This document shows, piece after piece, positions 27,225-37,759 of a stretch of 54,271 bases of DNA (position 1 is its first letter; the number at the start of each line of letters is the position of its first letter). The DNA comes from a virus. Taxonomy: Duplodnaviria > Caudoviricetes. The translations under genes were made by a program, and so were the position numbers. The DNA is taken from the IMG/VR virus record IMGVR_UViG_3300023172_000037, positions 1-54,271 of that record; one strand, 5' to 3'. The notes beneath the pieces were generated by a model that saw nothing but the letters and a program-made list of their open reading frames with translations, was not told where the DNA came from and ran no database searches.

Positions 27225-29778
27225 AATTATCCACCATCCAGACTACCTCATTTTTGTTTAGGCTTTTCAAAGTTTCATATTCATAGAGCATTCTATTTCT
27301 GCTCACATTACTATTTTTCCCTAATAGCGATCCTGTGCATATCAAAGGAACACTAGCTCTCTTGTTGAGGCCAGAAAGAATCAACATGAGAATTTCGATC
27401 CAAGTAAAATCCTCTACCTTCTTACCTAATTTTAGCTCGGCTTCATCGATTTTTCGAAAAAAATCATCACAATCTTTATCTCCGACGCTTTTTATTCTAG
27501 AAAGACCGTAGAAAATAGAGTTCTTTTCTTCATCATAATGAAAATCACGGTAGAGATTAGAAAGATTTGGGGGATTAATATCAATTGAGAATGTTCTACA
27601 ATCCATAACAAGATCGCGAACCTCATCTTTCCACATTGGTTTTTTGTGTGCATGGTTCAGATATTTCTCAAAAAATATAGGAGTATCGTGAACCTTACAA
27701 TAGGCCGACCAATAAGCATTTACAGCATAAACCACACTATGGCTAGCGTTGAACGAATATCTGTTTGCCTTTTCGATATTATCAAAAATATCCATAGCGA
27801 TTTTAGCGTCTACAAGTCCAACCTCTTCACAACCATCAATGAATTTTTGCTTTAGCTCTTTCATAAGCTTTGCATTTTTCTTACCAATAGCTTTTCTCAA
27901 GTCATCAGAAAGTTCTTCGGAAAATCCCGCAAGCTTAGTTGCGATTTTCATCGCCTGTTCTTGATATACAATAATCCCATAAGTATCTTTTAGGATAGGT
28001 TCAAGAGAAGGGTGAAGATAATCAAAACTAGCACCAAATTTACGATCAACGTAGTGCTGTGTCATACTCTTACCTTCGAGAGAAGCACCTAACGCCCCCG
28101 GTCTTAATAAAGCAGAGAGGTCTGACAATTCCTTGATACTTCTAGGTTTAACTTTTGCTGACCAAGTTTGACCAGTATCTGAGTCTAATTGAAATACTCC
28201 CTTAGTTCTTCCTTCACACATCAGATCCCAAACCTCTTCATCATCAAAATTATTCAACTCAGAAAGTGTTTTAATCTTTTTGCTCTTGTTTACGATCCCC
28301 AAGATTTTACTGAGAATATCTACCCCAAGAATATCGAGTTTAAGTCCACCCATATACTCGACTTCTTTCATAGTGATCGTACTTACAATATCGCCGTCAT
28401 CATCAATACGAACTGGCATAAAGTTCTTAATTGGATCTGGAGAAATAACAACAGCAGCAGCATGTTTTCCGTGCTGTCTATAGATTCCTTCAATTTCTAC
28501 AGCAAGCTTGAATACTTCCGCATAATCACCAACATAATGAAATTCACCGTCATCATTAGATACTACTCGACAATATTTGTCCATTATTTTTGGACGATGT
28601 TTTAGAGTCCATAGTAGCAGAGAAGTCTCTTCTACATCTTCCATCTGGTCTTCGACCTTTGCCTTTTCTGGCATCATCTTAGTGATTTCCTTAATCTCAC
28701 CAAATGGAAGATCGGTTTTTTGCTTGAACGCAATCTCTAGAGCAGAACGAGCCTGAAATGTACCAAACGTTCCAATATGACACACATTCTCATTACCATA
28801 CCTCTGTTTAATATATTCTAGAACATCTGCTCTGTTTTCAGACGGAATATCCACATCAATATCTGGAAGCTCAACTCTCGTAGCGGTGTTTCTTGATTTA
28901 TTATAGAAACGACCGAACAGAAGGTTGTATTCGATAGGATCTGTTTGAGTGACCCCAATTAGATACGAGACAAGGCAACCGGCAGCACTCCCTCTCCCCG
29001 GTCCCGGCAACCACCCTTGATCGCGAACGTAATTCACAATGTCCCACACGATGAGAAAATATGAAGAAAGTCCAGCACCTTGCAGTACCTCAAGTTCATA
29101 TTTTACTCTATCGGCGTACTCCTTTTCCTTTTCGGGAGTATCTATCTTGTCTGTACCCTTTAGCTTTTCACGCCAACCGTCTCTACAAAGCTGTCTTAGA
29201 AACTCGTCTGGGGAAAGATTGTTTGGGCAAGAAAAAGAGGGGAGGATAGGTCTAGACGCCAATCCATAATCCTCAACGCTATCTGCAAGTTCTTTTGCTC
29301 TTAGGTACTCTTCATTAGTTTCATATTCGGAAACAAAATCAGATTCACTAAGAACTTTCCTTTTCTCTTCAGGGGTTGTTTCTTTATTAGAGTTTACAAG
29401 TAGCTCTAGTTCCGCATAGTCTCCATCAAAGTAGTTTGCGGTCTTATCAGAAAAAAGACGAAGGTTTTTATTGAGTTGAAGATCAGCAATCTCTGACTCA
29501 GAGACGGTTTCTCCAAGTCCCATCTTGGAACAGACAGAGATGAGAGTATTCAGTCCATCTCTATTAAGAGCATAAAATGGAAGTCCGTCGAGTTCCACTC
29601 CAATTACCGGCTTGACTTCTTCATCCTTACACGCCTTGTAGAAGTCTACCATCCCCGATATCGTATTTTTATCGCAGATCCCAACAAACTTCCACTCTTT
29701 TTCTTTTGCTAATTTTGCAAGCTGTTTAGGCTTAATAAAAGAAGAGTGTAACGAATTGTGAGTGTAGTTTCTTAGCAT
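27214..29778 (-). CDS. dnaE: DNA polymerase III alpha, N-terminal part (reduced PHP, palm/fingers, HhH)
   Basis: GPGRGSAAG, PDIDVD, HAAAVVI, GLKLDILG, GVFQL, YQEQ, YSFNASH. Confidence 0.95.
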   Translation of the reverse strand: MLRNYTHNSLHSSFIKPKQLAKLAKEKEWKFVGICDKNTISGMVDFYKACKDEEVKPVIGVELDGLPFYALNRDGLNTLISVCSKMGLGETVSESEIADLQLNKNLRLFSDKTANYFDGDYAELELLVNSNKETTPEEKRKVLSESDFVSEYETNEEYLRAKELADSVEDYGLASRPILPSFSCPNNLSPDEFLRQLCRDGWREKLKGTDKIDTPEKEKEYADRVKYELEVLQGAGLSSYFLIVWDIVNYVRDQGWLPGPGRGSAAGCLVSYLIGVTQTDPIEYNLLFGRFYNKSRNTATRVELPDIDVDIPSENRADVLEYIKQRYGNENVCHIGTFGTFQARSALEIAFKQKTDLPFGEIKEITKMMPEKAKVEDQMEDVEETSLLLWTLKHRPKIMDKYCRVVSNDDGEFHYVGDYAEVFKLAVEIEGIYRQHGKHAAAVVISPDPIKNFMPVRIDDDGDIVSTITMKEVEYMGGLKLDILGVDILSKILGIVNKSKKIKTLSELNNFDDEEVWDLMCEGRTKGVFQLDSDTGQTWSAKVKPRSIKELSDLSALLRPGALGASLEGKSMTQHYVDRKFGASFDYLHPSLEPILKDTYGIIVYQEQAMKIATKLAGFSEELSDDLRKAIGKKNAKLMKELKQKFIDGCEEVGLVDAKIAMDIFDNIEKANRYSFNASHSVVYAVNAYWSAYCKVHDTPIFFEKYLNHAHKKPMWKDEVRDLVMDCRTFSIDINPPNLSNLYRDFHYDEEKNSIFYGLSRIKSVGDKDCDDFFRKIDEAELKLGKKVEDFTWIEILMLILSGLNKRASVPLICTGSLLGKNSNVSRNRMLYEYETLKSLNKNEVVWMVDNYEV

Positions 29779-29783
29779 TATCT

Positions 29784-30827
29784 TTAACTCCCCGGTGCAT
29801 GATAGTAAGAGATATCGAAGTCATCTCTTTTAAGACTCTTCATTGTTTCATCAAGTCCCACATATTTAACACTTGCCTCAACAAAATCACAGATTCTAGT
29901 GTTTGTTCCGGGCCAATTTTCCTTACCGTACCTACACATAAAACACTTATTTTTCTCGGGTTTCCCGTCTGCCATTATCTTGTTTGAATACTTCACGCAA
30001 CTTGGAAGATCATTCTCCAAAACCTGAGTATACTTCTTTTTCAGTTTTTCCATGAAAATTTCTTCATGTTCGTCATCAAAGCAGAAACTAAAAGCACCAC
30101 CATCCCGAATAAAATATATCGTCATGATAATGTTATATTCAGGATACATTTTTCTAAGAGCATAATAATAAAGAAGTAGTTGAGGATCTTGATCGAGATA
30201 TTCGTAATCTTTCTCCTCTCCAGTCGCCCAATTCTTTCTAGCTCCAGTTTTGTAATCTATCACTTGTAAAGTGTTCTCGTCTTCTTTAACAACTAGATCG
30301 ATTGTACCTTTTAGACTCAGATATCCAGTCATCTTAGTTCCGTCTGGTAAGACCTGATCTAATTTTGCCCAATCCTCTTTAATTTCAATATCAAAGTGTT
30401 GTTCTGGCTTGAAAATTTCTTGATTACGAGGATCATAGCGACCATCTTTAAACGTTAAAGCTTCATTAAGCCACTCTACACAAAATTTCCAGTCTGCATT
30501 TGTATAATCTTTCTCACATTTAGAAGTATAGTATTCGTAACACTCTTCCAACATTCTATCTACAAATTCTTGAGTTCTTAATTCTGACTTGTTGATTTTG
30601 ATTTCACCAACAGCATCATCATCTAAGATCAATTTTCTCTTTTTTGGATTTTCCTGCTCGTAGAGTTTGAGTCCCGCCAAAATTTCCATAACCTTATGAA
30701 TTACGGTTCCTTTGTTTGCGGCTTTCCCAGATCCTCCATGAATCCCAAGATTGTAAGATATGAAATATTGCATTTCGCACATATCATATCCGTTCATGCT
30801 CGAACTTCTAAAGTAATTAGCATACAT
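29784..30827 (-). CDS. PD-(D/E)xK RecB/Cas4-like exonuclease
   Basis: GTVIHKVME; LKGTIDL...IDYKTG; QLLLY; terminal Cys cluster. Confidence 0.8.
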   Translation of the reverse strand: MYANYFRSSSMNGYDMCEMQYFISYNLGIHGGSGKAANKGTVIHKVMEILAGLKLYEQENPKKRKLILDDDAVGEIKINKSELRTQEFVDRMLEECYEYYTSKCEKDYTNADWKFCVEWLNEALTFKDGRYDPRNQEIFKPEQHFDIEIKEDWAKLDQVLPDGTKMTGYLSLKGTIDLVVKEDENTLQVIDYKTGARKNWATGEEKDYEYLDQDPQLLLYYYALRKMYPEYNIIMTIYFIRDGGAFSFCFDDEHEEIFMEKLKKKYTQVLENDLPSCVKYSNKIMADGKPEKNKCFMCRYGKENWPGTNTRICDFVEASVKYVGLDETMKSLKRDDFDISYYHAPGS

Positions 30828-31759
30828 TAAATATTTTTTCCCTCTTTAGCTGGATTGATTTTCATTGTGGCAGAACTTCTTTTCTGTACCAAGTCTTTTA
30901 TAGCTATAAAAAAATCCCCTTTTGGGACAAAGGTCTGAATCCATCCCCAATCCTTGAGGATTTTAACAGCTTCATCGCACATCTCTCTAATGTTCATATC
31001 CTGATTATCAATCACAGCATCGCATTTTTCAAGATCGAATGAATTTTCGGACTTGTGTTTATCGTCAAATGGATTTCTAGTTAGACCAATTATTTTGCCA
31101 TTATTTTCTTGTACGGCATCTATTTCATTATTGAAACGACAGTCAGAAATAACAGCAACTCCAGAATTCTCTGTAAGGATATCCTTCATGCAACGATTGA
31201 CCCATATCGACTCATACATTTTCCTCATAATATCGCTACCGAAGAATTGTAGAAATTCGCGAATGGTCATTGGTCCGGGTTCGTGATACGACAAACACTC
31301 ATCTAAAAGCATACCGCTCGTTTCCTGTACAGCACGATCATTGTAGACATTATCAGTACATACTCCCGGCATGTTTTCCCAACGAAGATGCTCCATTACT
31401 GTTTTTTTGTCTTTATCAGTACCATATACAAGATTGCGAGGACACTCAAATAAATCGATAGCGATTTCTTTTAGTGACTCAGCAAAGCTATAATTCTTAA
31501 TAAAAGGCCACATTGAATCAGCAGCCCATCTTGCAAAACGGAAATCATTAGTTTGATCAACCGTTAACTTTACTGTTGCAAGCTGTTCCTTACCATCAAT
31601 TATAGTTGGTAGACCTTCTACAATCAACTCCCCCTCTTCGTCAATTGCGAAGTTTGTAATAATACCATTCCACTGTAATTGTAAACCATGCAGAAAATTA
31701 GAGAGGGTATTTTTACCCGCTTGTTTTTTTCCTGCAATACCTAAAATTTTCTGTTCCAT
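30827..31759 (-). CDS. deoxynucleoside monophosphate kinase
   Basis: GIAGKKQAGKNT, FAESLKE, REFLQFFGSD, SDCRFNNE. Confidence 0.85.
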   Translation of the reverse strand: MEQKILGIAGKKQAGKNTLSNFLHGLQLQWNGIITNFAIDEEGELIVEGLPTIIDGKEQLATVKLTVDQTNDFRFARWAADSMWPFIKNYSFAESLKEIAIDLFECPRNLVYGTDKDKKTVMEHLRWENMPGVCTDNVYNDRAVQETSGMLLDECLSYHEPGPMTIREFLQFFGSDIMRKMYESIWVNRCMKDILTENSGVAVISDCRFNNEIDAVQENNGKIIGLTRNPFDDKHKSENSFDLEKCDAVIDNQDMNIREMCDEAVKILKDWGWIQTFVPKGDFFIAIKDLVQKRSSATMKINPAKEGKNI

Positions 31760-32910
31760 TATTTTTCCTCTTTTAATAACATTGCTTCTTTGAACGTCTT
31801 GGGGAGTTTATCTAATATATGCTCCTGAAACTCCTCTTTTGTTAGATCGGCTACATCTGCCTTCTCTTCTTGTGTTTTATAAAATCTCTGAATGTCTCTC
31901 ATCAGTGACTTCGGAATAACTGGTCGATGGATATTGTATCTCCTGCCACATTTCTTGGCGATTTTTTCTGCTGCCTTTTCTCCAGCATCATCAAAATCTG
32001 TGAGTATGACCATATTTTGAATCATGGTTTTCTCCAAGACCAATAGTTGACTTTCAGAGAGGTCACACCCCATCAGCCCAATGCAATTTTCAGCACCGGA
32101 TTCGTAACAACGCCAAACATCGCCTTGTCCTTCAACTACGAACACAGTCATTATAGTCTCAATTAGCGACTTTGATTGATTAAATCCATAAAAAAGTGAA
32201 GAAAAGACACCTTTTGAGGTAGAATTCTTCCATTTCGGGTATTCATTATTCTCATAAATCTTTCTTCCAGTGCAGCCAGCATATCTTCCGTCTTCGGTGT
32301 AAACTGGAACCACTGCCCTAAAAGCCATTGGCTTATCCTTGTCCATACAGTCGCCAACATCAAATTTATATAGAGTTTCAGGTTCATAGTATGTCCGTCT
32401 CTTTAATATATTTGGATTGGTGAGTTTTCCAGTGTAATACTGAGATGGAATATCCAGCTTATTGATAATCGTTTCTCTTGAAATATTTGGTAATTCCAGT
32501 TCCTTATTTTTCTTTTCAAAAACATCAAAAAGGTTAGATTTGTTATTATTGTACTTTTTCGAAGACACGGAAAAATCTATATCTCCAACCAAACTTTTTG
32601 CACAGTTGATCACCTGTGGAAAAGCGATTTCTTCATCATTCAGGCAACTTAATATCCCTTGAATAAATCCGAAAATATTATTGCCGTAGTCGTCATGACA
32701 TCCACGAGTCCAACATACCCAATTCCCCTTAGCGGAATCTCCATCGGTAAAAATACACGCTCCAGTTGGATTATCTCCATTATGGACCGGACAGGGAAAC
32801 ACTAGTCTGTTGTGTTCCTCAGTGTATTCTATATGGAATTTATCTAGAATCTTCTTAGGATCTTCATTAAGAGATTCAGCTATCTTGAATATCTGTTCCT
32901 GAGCTATCAT
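31759..32910 (-). CDS. dnaG: DNA primase
   Basis: CPVH...CWTRGC zinc finger; Toprim VEGQGD, DFDDAG. Confidence 0.88.
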   Translation of the reverse strand: MIAQEQIFKIAESLNEDPKKILDKFHIEYTEEHNRLVFPCPVHNGDNPTGACIFTDGDSAKGNWVCWTRGCHDDYGNNIFGFIQGILSCLNDEEIAFPQVINCAKSLVGDIDFSVSSKKYNNNKSNLFDVFEKKNKELELPNISRETIINKLDIPSQYYTGKLTNPNILKRRTYYEPETLYKFDVGDCMDKDKPMAFRAVVPVYTEDGRYAGCTGRKIYENNEYPKWKNSTSKGVFSSLFYGFNQSKSLIETIMTVFVVEGQGDVWRCYESGAENCIGLMGCDLSESQLLVLEKTMIQNMVILTDFDDAGEKAAEKIAKKCGRRYNIHRPVIPKSLMRDIQRFYKTQEEKADVADLTKEEFQEHILDKLPKTFKEAMLLKEEK

Positions 32911-34312
32911 TCTCAAATCCCTCGGAGTTCTTTAAGTAAAAATCTCTTGTTTCCAACTCTTTTACAGTAGCAATATTAAACTTGTAATTGAAGTTTATGT
33001 AATCGCTTCCTTCTAGTCCAGCACCGTGTCTAGCGACAATGGGAACCAATTTCCTATTTCCTCTATCGGGACCATCATTCGCTACTTCTTCCTCACTCTT
33101 TTCCTTTAATATACTGAAACTGGTACAAGTTTTGAGAATACCATCGCTTCCAGCAACAACATCTGTAGATTCTCTTGTAATACCATCTCTATTCAATTGA
33201 ATAAAAGATACGATTGGAACATCATATTTAACAGCAAAGTTGTGAAGGTCCATCATACTAAAGGCTAGTAACTGGTATTCCTTCATGCTATCATTGATTT
33301 CGCCATGATCGGTTACTTTGAAATAGTCATATATGATTACACAATCATTAACTCGACCTGTTTCATCGAATCCAACATCACGATAAATAAAGTTTCTAAT
33401 GATACCTAGAATTGTGGCAAACTTTGTTCCAGAAACGTTAACGTATTTGTAGTTCATTTCTTTGAATTTTTTAGCTGCCTCTCTGACTCTTCTTGTTTCT
33501 TCTGGGTCTTTAATATACTTTCCGGTTGATATCTTCTCAATATCTACACCGCTAAGACAAGAAATCATTCTGTCATTATGATCATCTTTCCCCATCTCAG
33601 TATCGACGATAAGAGTAGGAATGTCGCGAGAAGCTATATTCATGCATAGAGCATCAGCAGTAAAACTTTTACCGACCTTCATTCTCGCTCCGATAAGATC
33701 AACACATTTCCTTCTGAGTCCACCACCAATTGCCTTATCAAACCACTTCCATCCGGTGGAGATACCAATCATATCTACCGGATTAGCTTCTTTTTCGGCA
33801 AGGTATTCATCGATACTATCTGCGGGACGGATAGCCTTATTATCAGATTCTTTATATATTTGCGAAGTAAAATCAAGAACTGGAGTCTCAATCAAATTAA
33901 TGATATCGAGAATTGGCTCGCTACCGCTAACGTCAGATAAAGCCTGCTTAATTCTATCTGCTAAAACAGCACCCTTATTCGCAAAGAGTAGCTTTGTTAG
34001 TTTAGATGCTTGAACTTCTGCATTTGCACGAGTGATTGGCATAGAAAAAAGAGATCGGATAAAACCAATCTCTTCATCATTTGCAATCTCTTCATAAAAG
34101 CCAAGTTCTGTTGCAGTAGATAATATAGACGTTAAATCAATCTCTTCTGAATTTTGAAAAATCTTATCAAAACATTTGAATAGCCTTTGGTTATTAACGT
34201 CATAAAAGGCTTGTGGTTCTATATAATCTATCTCATAGAAGAAATCTACCCCGTACTGGCATAGTCCAGCCAATACTGCATTTTCTGCTGCTGTGTTTTT
34301 CAACTCTGTCAT
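32876..34312 (-). CDS. dnaB: replicative DNA helicase
   Basis: AENAVLAG, GISTG, GARMKVGKS, EM, DY, QLNR. Confidence 0.92.
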   Translation of the reverse strand: MTELKNTAAENAVLAGLCQYGVDFFYEIDYIEPQAFYDVNNQRLFKCFDKIFQNSEEIDLTSILSTATELGFYEEIANDEEIGFIRSLFSMPITRANAEVQASKLTKLLFANKGAVLADRIKQALSDVSGSEPILDIINLIETPVLDFTSQIYKESDNKAIRPADSIDEYLAEKEANPVDMIGISTGWKWFDKAIGGGLRRKCVDLIGARMKVGKSFTADALCMNIASRDIPTLIVDTEMGKDDHNDRMISCLSGVDIEKISTGKYIKDPEETRRVREAAKKFKEMNYKYVNVSGTKFATILGIIRNFIYRDVGFDETGRVNDCVIIYDYFKVTDHGEINDSMKEYQLLAFSMMDLHNFAVKYDVPIVSFIQLNRDGITRESTDVVAGSDGILKTCTSFSILKEKSEEEVANDGPDRGNRKLVPIVARHGAGLEGSDYINFNYKFNIATVKELETRDFYLKNSEGFENDSSGTDIQDS

Positions 34313-34314
34313 TT

Positions 34315-34845
34315 TCACCCCAAACAATCATTACACTTCGTTCCGTAATCTTCACCAATATAAAGTTCCTGAGGAATCTCAAAAGGACTTCCACAATCGG
34401 TACATTTTACTCTAATATTTTTTGCCTTCGGTTTTTTAATCGGCTTGCTTTCAGCTTTATGCTTTTGATGATCCTCGTCCCTTCCTATAGAATTATAGTC
34501 TTTAGGATTGAACATATTTGGTCTATTTTCAGAAATTACCGATCTTGATTCCCTTGTTCTGATGGGGTCGTTGAAATCATTTGCGTAATAATCGGTATCG
34601 ACTTCATCAGTTTCGACTCTCATTTCATGATAGACTTTTTTATCAACAAGAAGATCTTCCAGAATTGATAATAGGTCATCATCCGGTTCTCCACCATCTT
34701 CAGGAATTAGCTTAAAAATCTTATTGCAGATTTTGCTAGCCTGTTCTCTTGACTCTTCCGGCACTAGCGAGATTCCGATATCAATGAATTCATTATCGCC
34801 TAGTTTACACCCTTTTTTTATCAAATTAAGTATCTTCTCTTTCAT
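34315..34845 (-). CDS. hypothetical protein with C-terminal zinc ribbon
   Basis: CTDC...CNDC. Confidence 0.6.
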   Translation of the reverse strand: MKEKILNLIKKGCKLGDNEFIDIGISLVPEESREQASKICNKIFKLIPEDGGEPDDDLLSILEDLLVDKKVYHEMRVETDEVDTDYYANDFNDPIRTRESRSVISENRPNMFNPKDYNSIGRDEDHQKHKAESKPIKKPKAKNIRVKCTDCGSPFEIPQELYIGEDYGTKCNDCLG

Positions 34846-35366
34846 GATTTATTTCTTCCTATTTGTTCTAATGTATTTGCCATTTTCTCTATCGGATAAA
34901 TTGTTTTCTCAATACTTTTTACCCTACTCAAAGAATTTGTCTTGAGCTTGAAAATTTCCTTAGCAAGTGGATTTTCTTTAACCGCAGAATAAAACTTCTG
35001 CTCCCATTTAGTATATCCATCGCCATAGTCATTAATTTTATCACTAACTATGTAGTAGATGCTCTCGTTTGCCCAATCCAAAATAGACTGCTCTTTCCCT
35101 AGTATACCATAGAGATATTGAACGTACCTATGGAGAAAATATGCGGCATAATTAACTTCGTTAGAGTTCATGCTACGAATTTTATCGTAAGGCATATTCA
35201 TGTATCTCTTAACTTCGTCTTTATTTTTATCGTTGAAGTCACAGTTGTATACATTGTTTAGGTCTTTCCACTCTTGTATCTTTAAGAGGAATTCCTTGAC
35301 CGTTTCGTTGTCAGTATAGTCTTCATATTTAATGTTCGGATCTATTATCAAAATTTTCCTCTCCAA
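34842..35366 (-). CDS. helical hypothetical protein (possible recombination mediator)
   Basis: 174-aa helical ORF between recA and dnaB; function inferred from position only. Confidence 0.5.
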   Translation of the reverse strand: MERKILIIDPNIKYEDYTDNETVKEFLLKIQEWKDLNNVYNCDFNDKNKDEVKRYMNMPYDKIRSMNSNEVNYAAYFLHRYVQYLYGILGKEQSILDWANESIYYIVSDKINDYGDGYTKWEQKFYSAVKENPLAKEIFKLKTNSLSRVKSIEKTIYPIEKMANTLEQIGRNKS

Positions 35367-35749
35367 TCTTCCTCATCTTCATTGTAGGCAAACTCAATAA
35401 AGGTTATTCCATTATTTTCGCACCATTCCTTTTTTTTCTTATCTCTAGCCTGTGCTAAAAGAAAATCCTTTTTGGAATCGAAGAAATGAGAATTAAATTT
35501 GAAATGTTGTTCCCCATGTGCTTCTACTACAATTCTCTCTACCGGCAAAAAGAAGTCTGCCGTTAAGCATTTTATTCTACCAGTTTTTGATCCGGGTAAA
35601 GTAACCTCTTGGAGAATATTTGAGTATGGAAAAATTTCCCTTAAAAAGTCGTAAGCTTTTTCATGTAACTTGGACCTCTTTGAAACTGAGGATTGCTTGC
35701 TTGATGGAGTAAAAGAATATTCACGACCGTCAAATCCTACAACCTTCAT
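35348..35749 (-). CDS. Vsr/DUF559-like endonuclease
   Basis: ADFFLP..IVVEAHGEQHF; RDKKKKEWC. Confidence 0.75.
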   Translation of the reverse strand: MKVVGFDGREYSFTPSSKQSSVSKRSKLHEKAYDFLREIFPYSNILQEVTLPGSKTGRIKCLTADFFLPVERIVVEAHGEQHFKFNSHFFDSKKDFLLAQARDKKKKEWCENNGITFIEFAYNEDEEDWRGKF

Positions 35750-36810
35750 ACTAATTCCTTAATTTGAGATTTTATGTTCTCTATGTAGTCTGGGTTTTCA
35801 TCAATCCAGTCGAGAAAATTGGAGAGACCTTGAATCTTCTCCCCTTCTTCGCCAAATGGTTTGTACCAACTCCCAGAAATATCTATTATACCAAAATCTG
35901 CGGCAATGTCAATAGCTTCTTTGGTTTCATCCATTCCAATTCCATATCTCAGCCAATTATCGGTCTTTTTAATGGTAGATGCCATCGATGACTTATCTAT
36001 TGACCAGTGAATTTGTTGTCCGATATGGTCTGGATCTGAATCGCTCTTTTTCCATCTGGTAATATAATCTGCCTTGAGAATAGTATCGGCAGCGTACCTG
36101 ATCTTTTTACCGCAATCTGGTATCTTCCTACCTCTACCATTTGGACTGGTATCGGTAATCAAGTGGGTAATAATAATCAATGTGATATTGTTATCTGGAA
36201 TTATTTGACAAAACTTCTTGCACCATAAAGCCAGTAATCGCGGAAGAGAATTTCGAGTTGCCTTAATATCCTCATCCAACTCCCCTTGAGGAATAAGCGT
36301 TGAACTGGAATCCAAGATTACCATAGCCCCCTTATTGGCAGGATCACCCATAATTGATATACTGGAATCCAAAAAAACTTCTGCTGGAATAATTTTGCCT
36401 TCAGGATCTTTTTGAATAACCTTTAGCTTGTCTGGGATAAGACCCTTGATTCCCGAAAAATGCTTCTCATCAAGTCTAGCTTCCGAATTAAAGTAAAATA
36501 CTGGTCTACCAGTAGTTCCATCGGACTGAATAAAAGTTTCATCATTCTGATGCTTCGCTGCCATGTGTAAAGCGAGGGTCGTCTTTCCGCATCCCTCATC
36601 TCCACTAATAATAGTAACGGTTCCTTCTTTTATTCCACCTCCAAGTGCCATATCTAACGATGGAGTGATACTAAGTAACTTATGATTTCTTCTCGTCTCT
36701 AATACGTCTAGTCCAGAATAAATTATCTTACCATATTCCTTTTTATACTTATCATCCAACACCTTCAAGTAAGCAGGTAGTGGTATACTCTTTGACTTCT
36801 TTTTCGCCAT
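35746..36810 (-). CDS. recA: RecA/UvsX-like recombinase
   Basis: SLDMALGGGI, GDEGCGKTT, ILDS, YGIG, GSWY. Confidence 0.9.
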   Translation of the reverse strand: MAKKKSKSIPLPAYLKVLDDKYKKEYGKIIYSGLDVLETRRNHKLLSITPSLDMALGGGIKEGTVTIISGDEGCGKTTLALHMAAKHQNDETFIQSDGTTGRPVFYFNSEARLDEKHFSGIKGLIPDKLKVIQKDPEGKIIPAEVFLDSSISIMGDPANKGAMVILDSSSTLIPQGELDEDIKATRNSLPRLLALWCKKFCQIIPDNNITLIIITHLITDTSPNGRGRKIPDCGKKIRYAADTILKADYITRWKKSDSDPDHIGQQIHWSIDKSSMASTIKKTDNWLRYGIGMDETKEAIDIAADFGIIDISGSWYKPFGEEGEKIQGLSNFLDWIDENPDYIENIKSQIKELV

Positions 36811-37245
36811 TTATTTTAGCCTCGAAAAAACTGATTTATTTTTCCTCTTTACGTTGCTAGCGTCTGTCTCTGCCTCTTTTGGTTTTTCAACCTTTTCTAA
36901 ACTCTTTTTTTCTTGCTCAATCTCTTTATCGACAAACCACTTATGCTTTTTCAATTTATCAGGAAGAGTCTTAATCCCTAAAGACGGAATCCATTTGTTC
37001 TTCTTAATATAGGATATTACAGTTCTCTCGCCAAACTTTTTTATTAAACGATTAGCACAAACGACTTGCCAACTATAGGTTTTTTTCCACTTTTTTGTGT
37101 TCCAAAACTTATGAGCAAGTGACCCCTCGTTATTCTTTTCTGCCATCCTAAAGCACATAGTTTCAGCCAGCCATTGTGCTGCGGTACAGTATTCTCCAGA
37201 CGAGGGGGATTTATATTTAGATTTTTCAGATCGCTCTTTAGCCAT
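36811..37245 (-). CDS. hypothetical protein
   Basis: 144-aa basic ORF. Confidence 0.65.
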   Translation of the reverse strand: MAKERSEKSKYKSPSSGEYCTAAQWLAETMCFRMAEKNNEGSLAHKFWNTKKWKKTYSWQVVCANRLIKKFGERTVISYIKKNKWIPSLGIKTLPDKLKKHKWFVDKEIEQEKKSLEKVEKPKEAETDASNVKRKNKSVFSRLK

Positions 37246-37759
37246 TAAGGAGTTCTTTCACTTTCTCTTTCTTTTTGCTTCCAACTTTGAAAAGCATTTC
37301 ACTAACGTTTTCCTCAGTAGGAATCCTTTTCTGCTCGAAATCTTCAAATTGATTATGGGGCCAAGAATATTTGACAACATCTATCTCATTTCCTTCTTCG
37401 TTCAAAACCCCTACTAATAGGTTTTGGAAAGCTTGAGAATGTCCAGTTTCCATATCTTGACTTCTTGAAAATCCTCTCTTTACAAATATTCCGTCTGCCC
37501 CATCTGGATCTTCAAATAAAACATCCTCAGGAGCACCCATGCAAATCACTTGAACCTTTGTAACTGATAGATTTTTTTCGTTACAATATTCTCTCAAGCG
37601 ATTCCAAGGCTTTTTATCCTCAGGTTCTTCTCCATTGACACTATACCTATCAGGATCTCCCCAAACAATTGTTCCATCAGTAAGAGTTATCTTCCAAGTC
37701 ATCTTTGTACTTCTGATTAACTCTCTGATATACTCGTCCTTTTCGACACATACGTTCAT
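37238..37759 (-). CDS. hypothetical protein
   Basis: 173-aa coupled ORF. Confidence 0.65.
   Translation of the reverse strand: MNVCVEKDEYIRELIRSTKMTWKITLTDGTIVWGDPDRYSVNGEEPEDKKPWNRLREYCNEKNLSVTKVQVICMGAPEDVLFEDPDGADGIFVKRGFSRSQDMETGHSQAFQNLLVGVLNEEGNEIDVVKYSWPHNQFEDFEQKRIPTEENVSEMLFKVGSKKKEKVKELLNG

Noticed and set aside
29784-30827. CRISPR-Cas locus suggested by the Cas4-like nuclease
   Set aside because: No repeat-spacer array or other cas genes seen; it lies in the replication block like other phage RecB-family exonucleases
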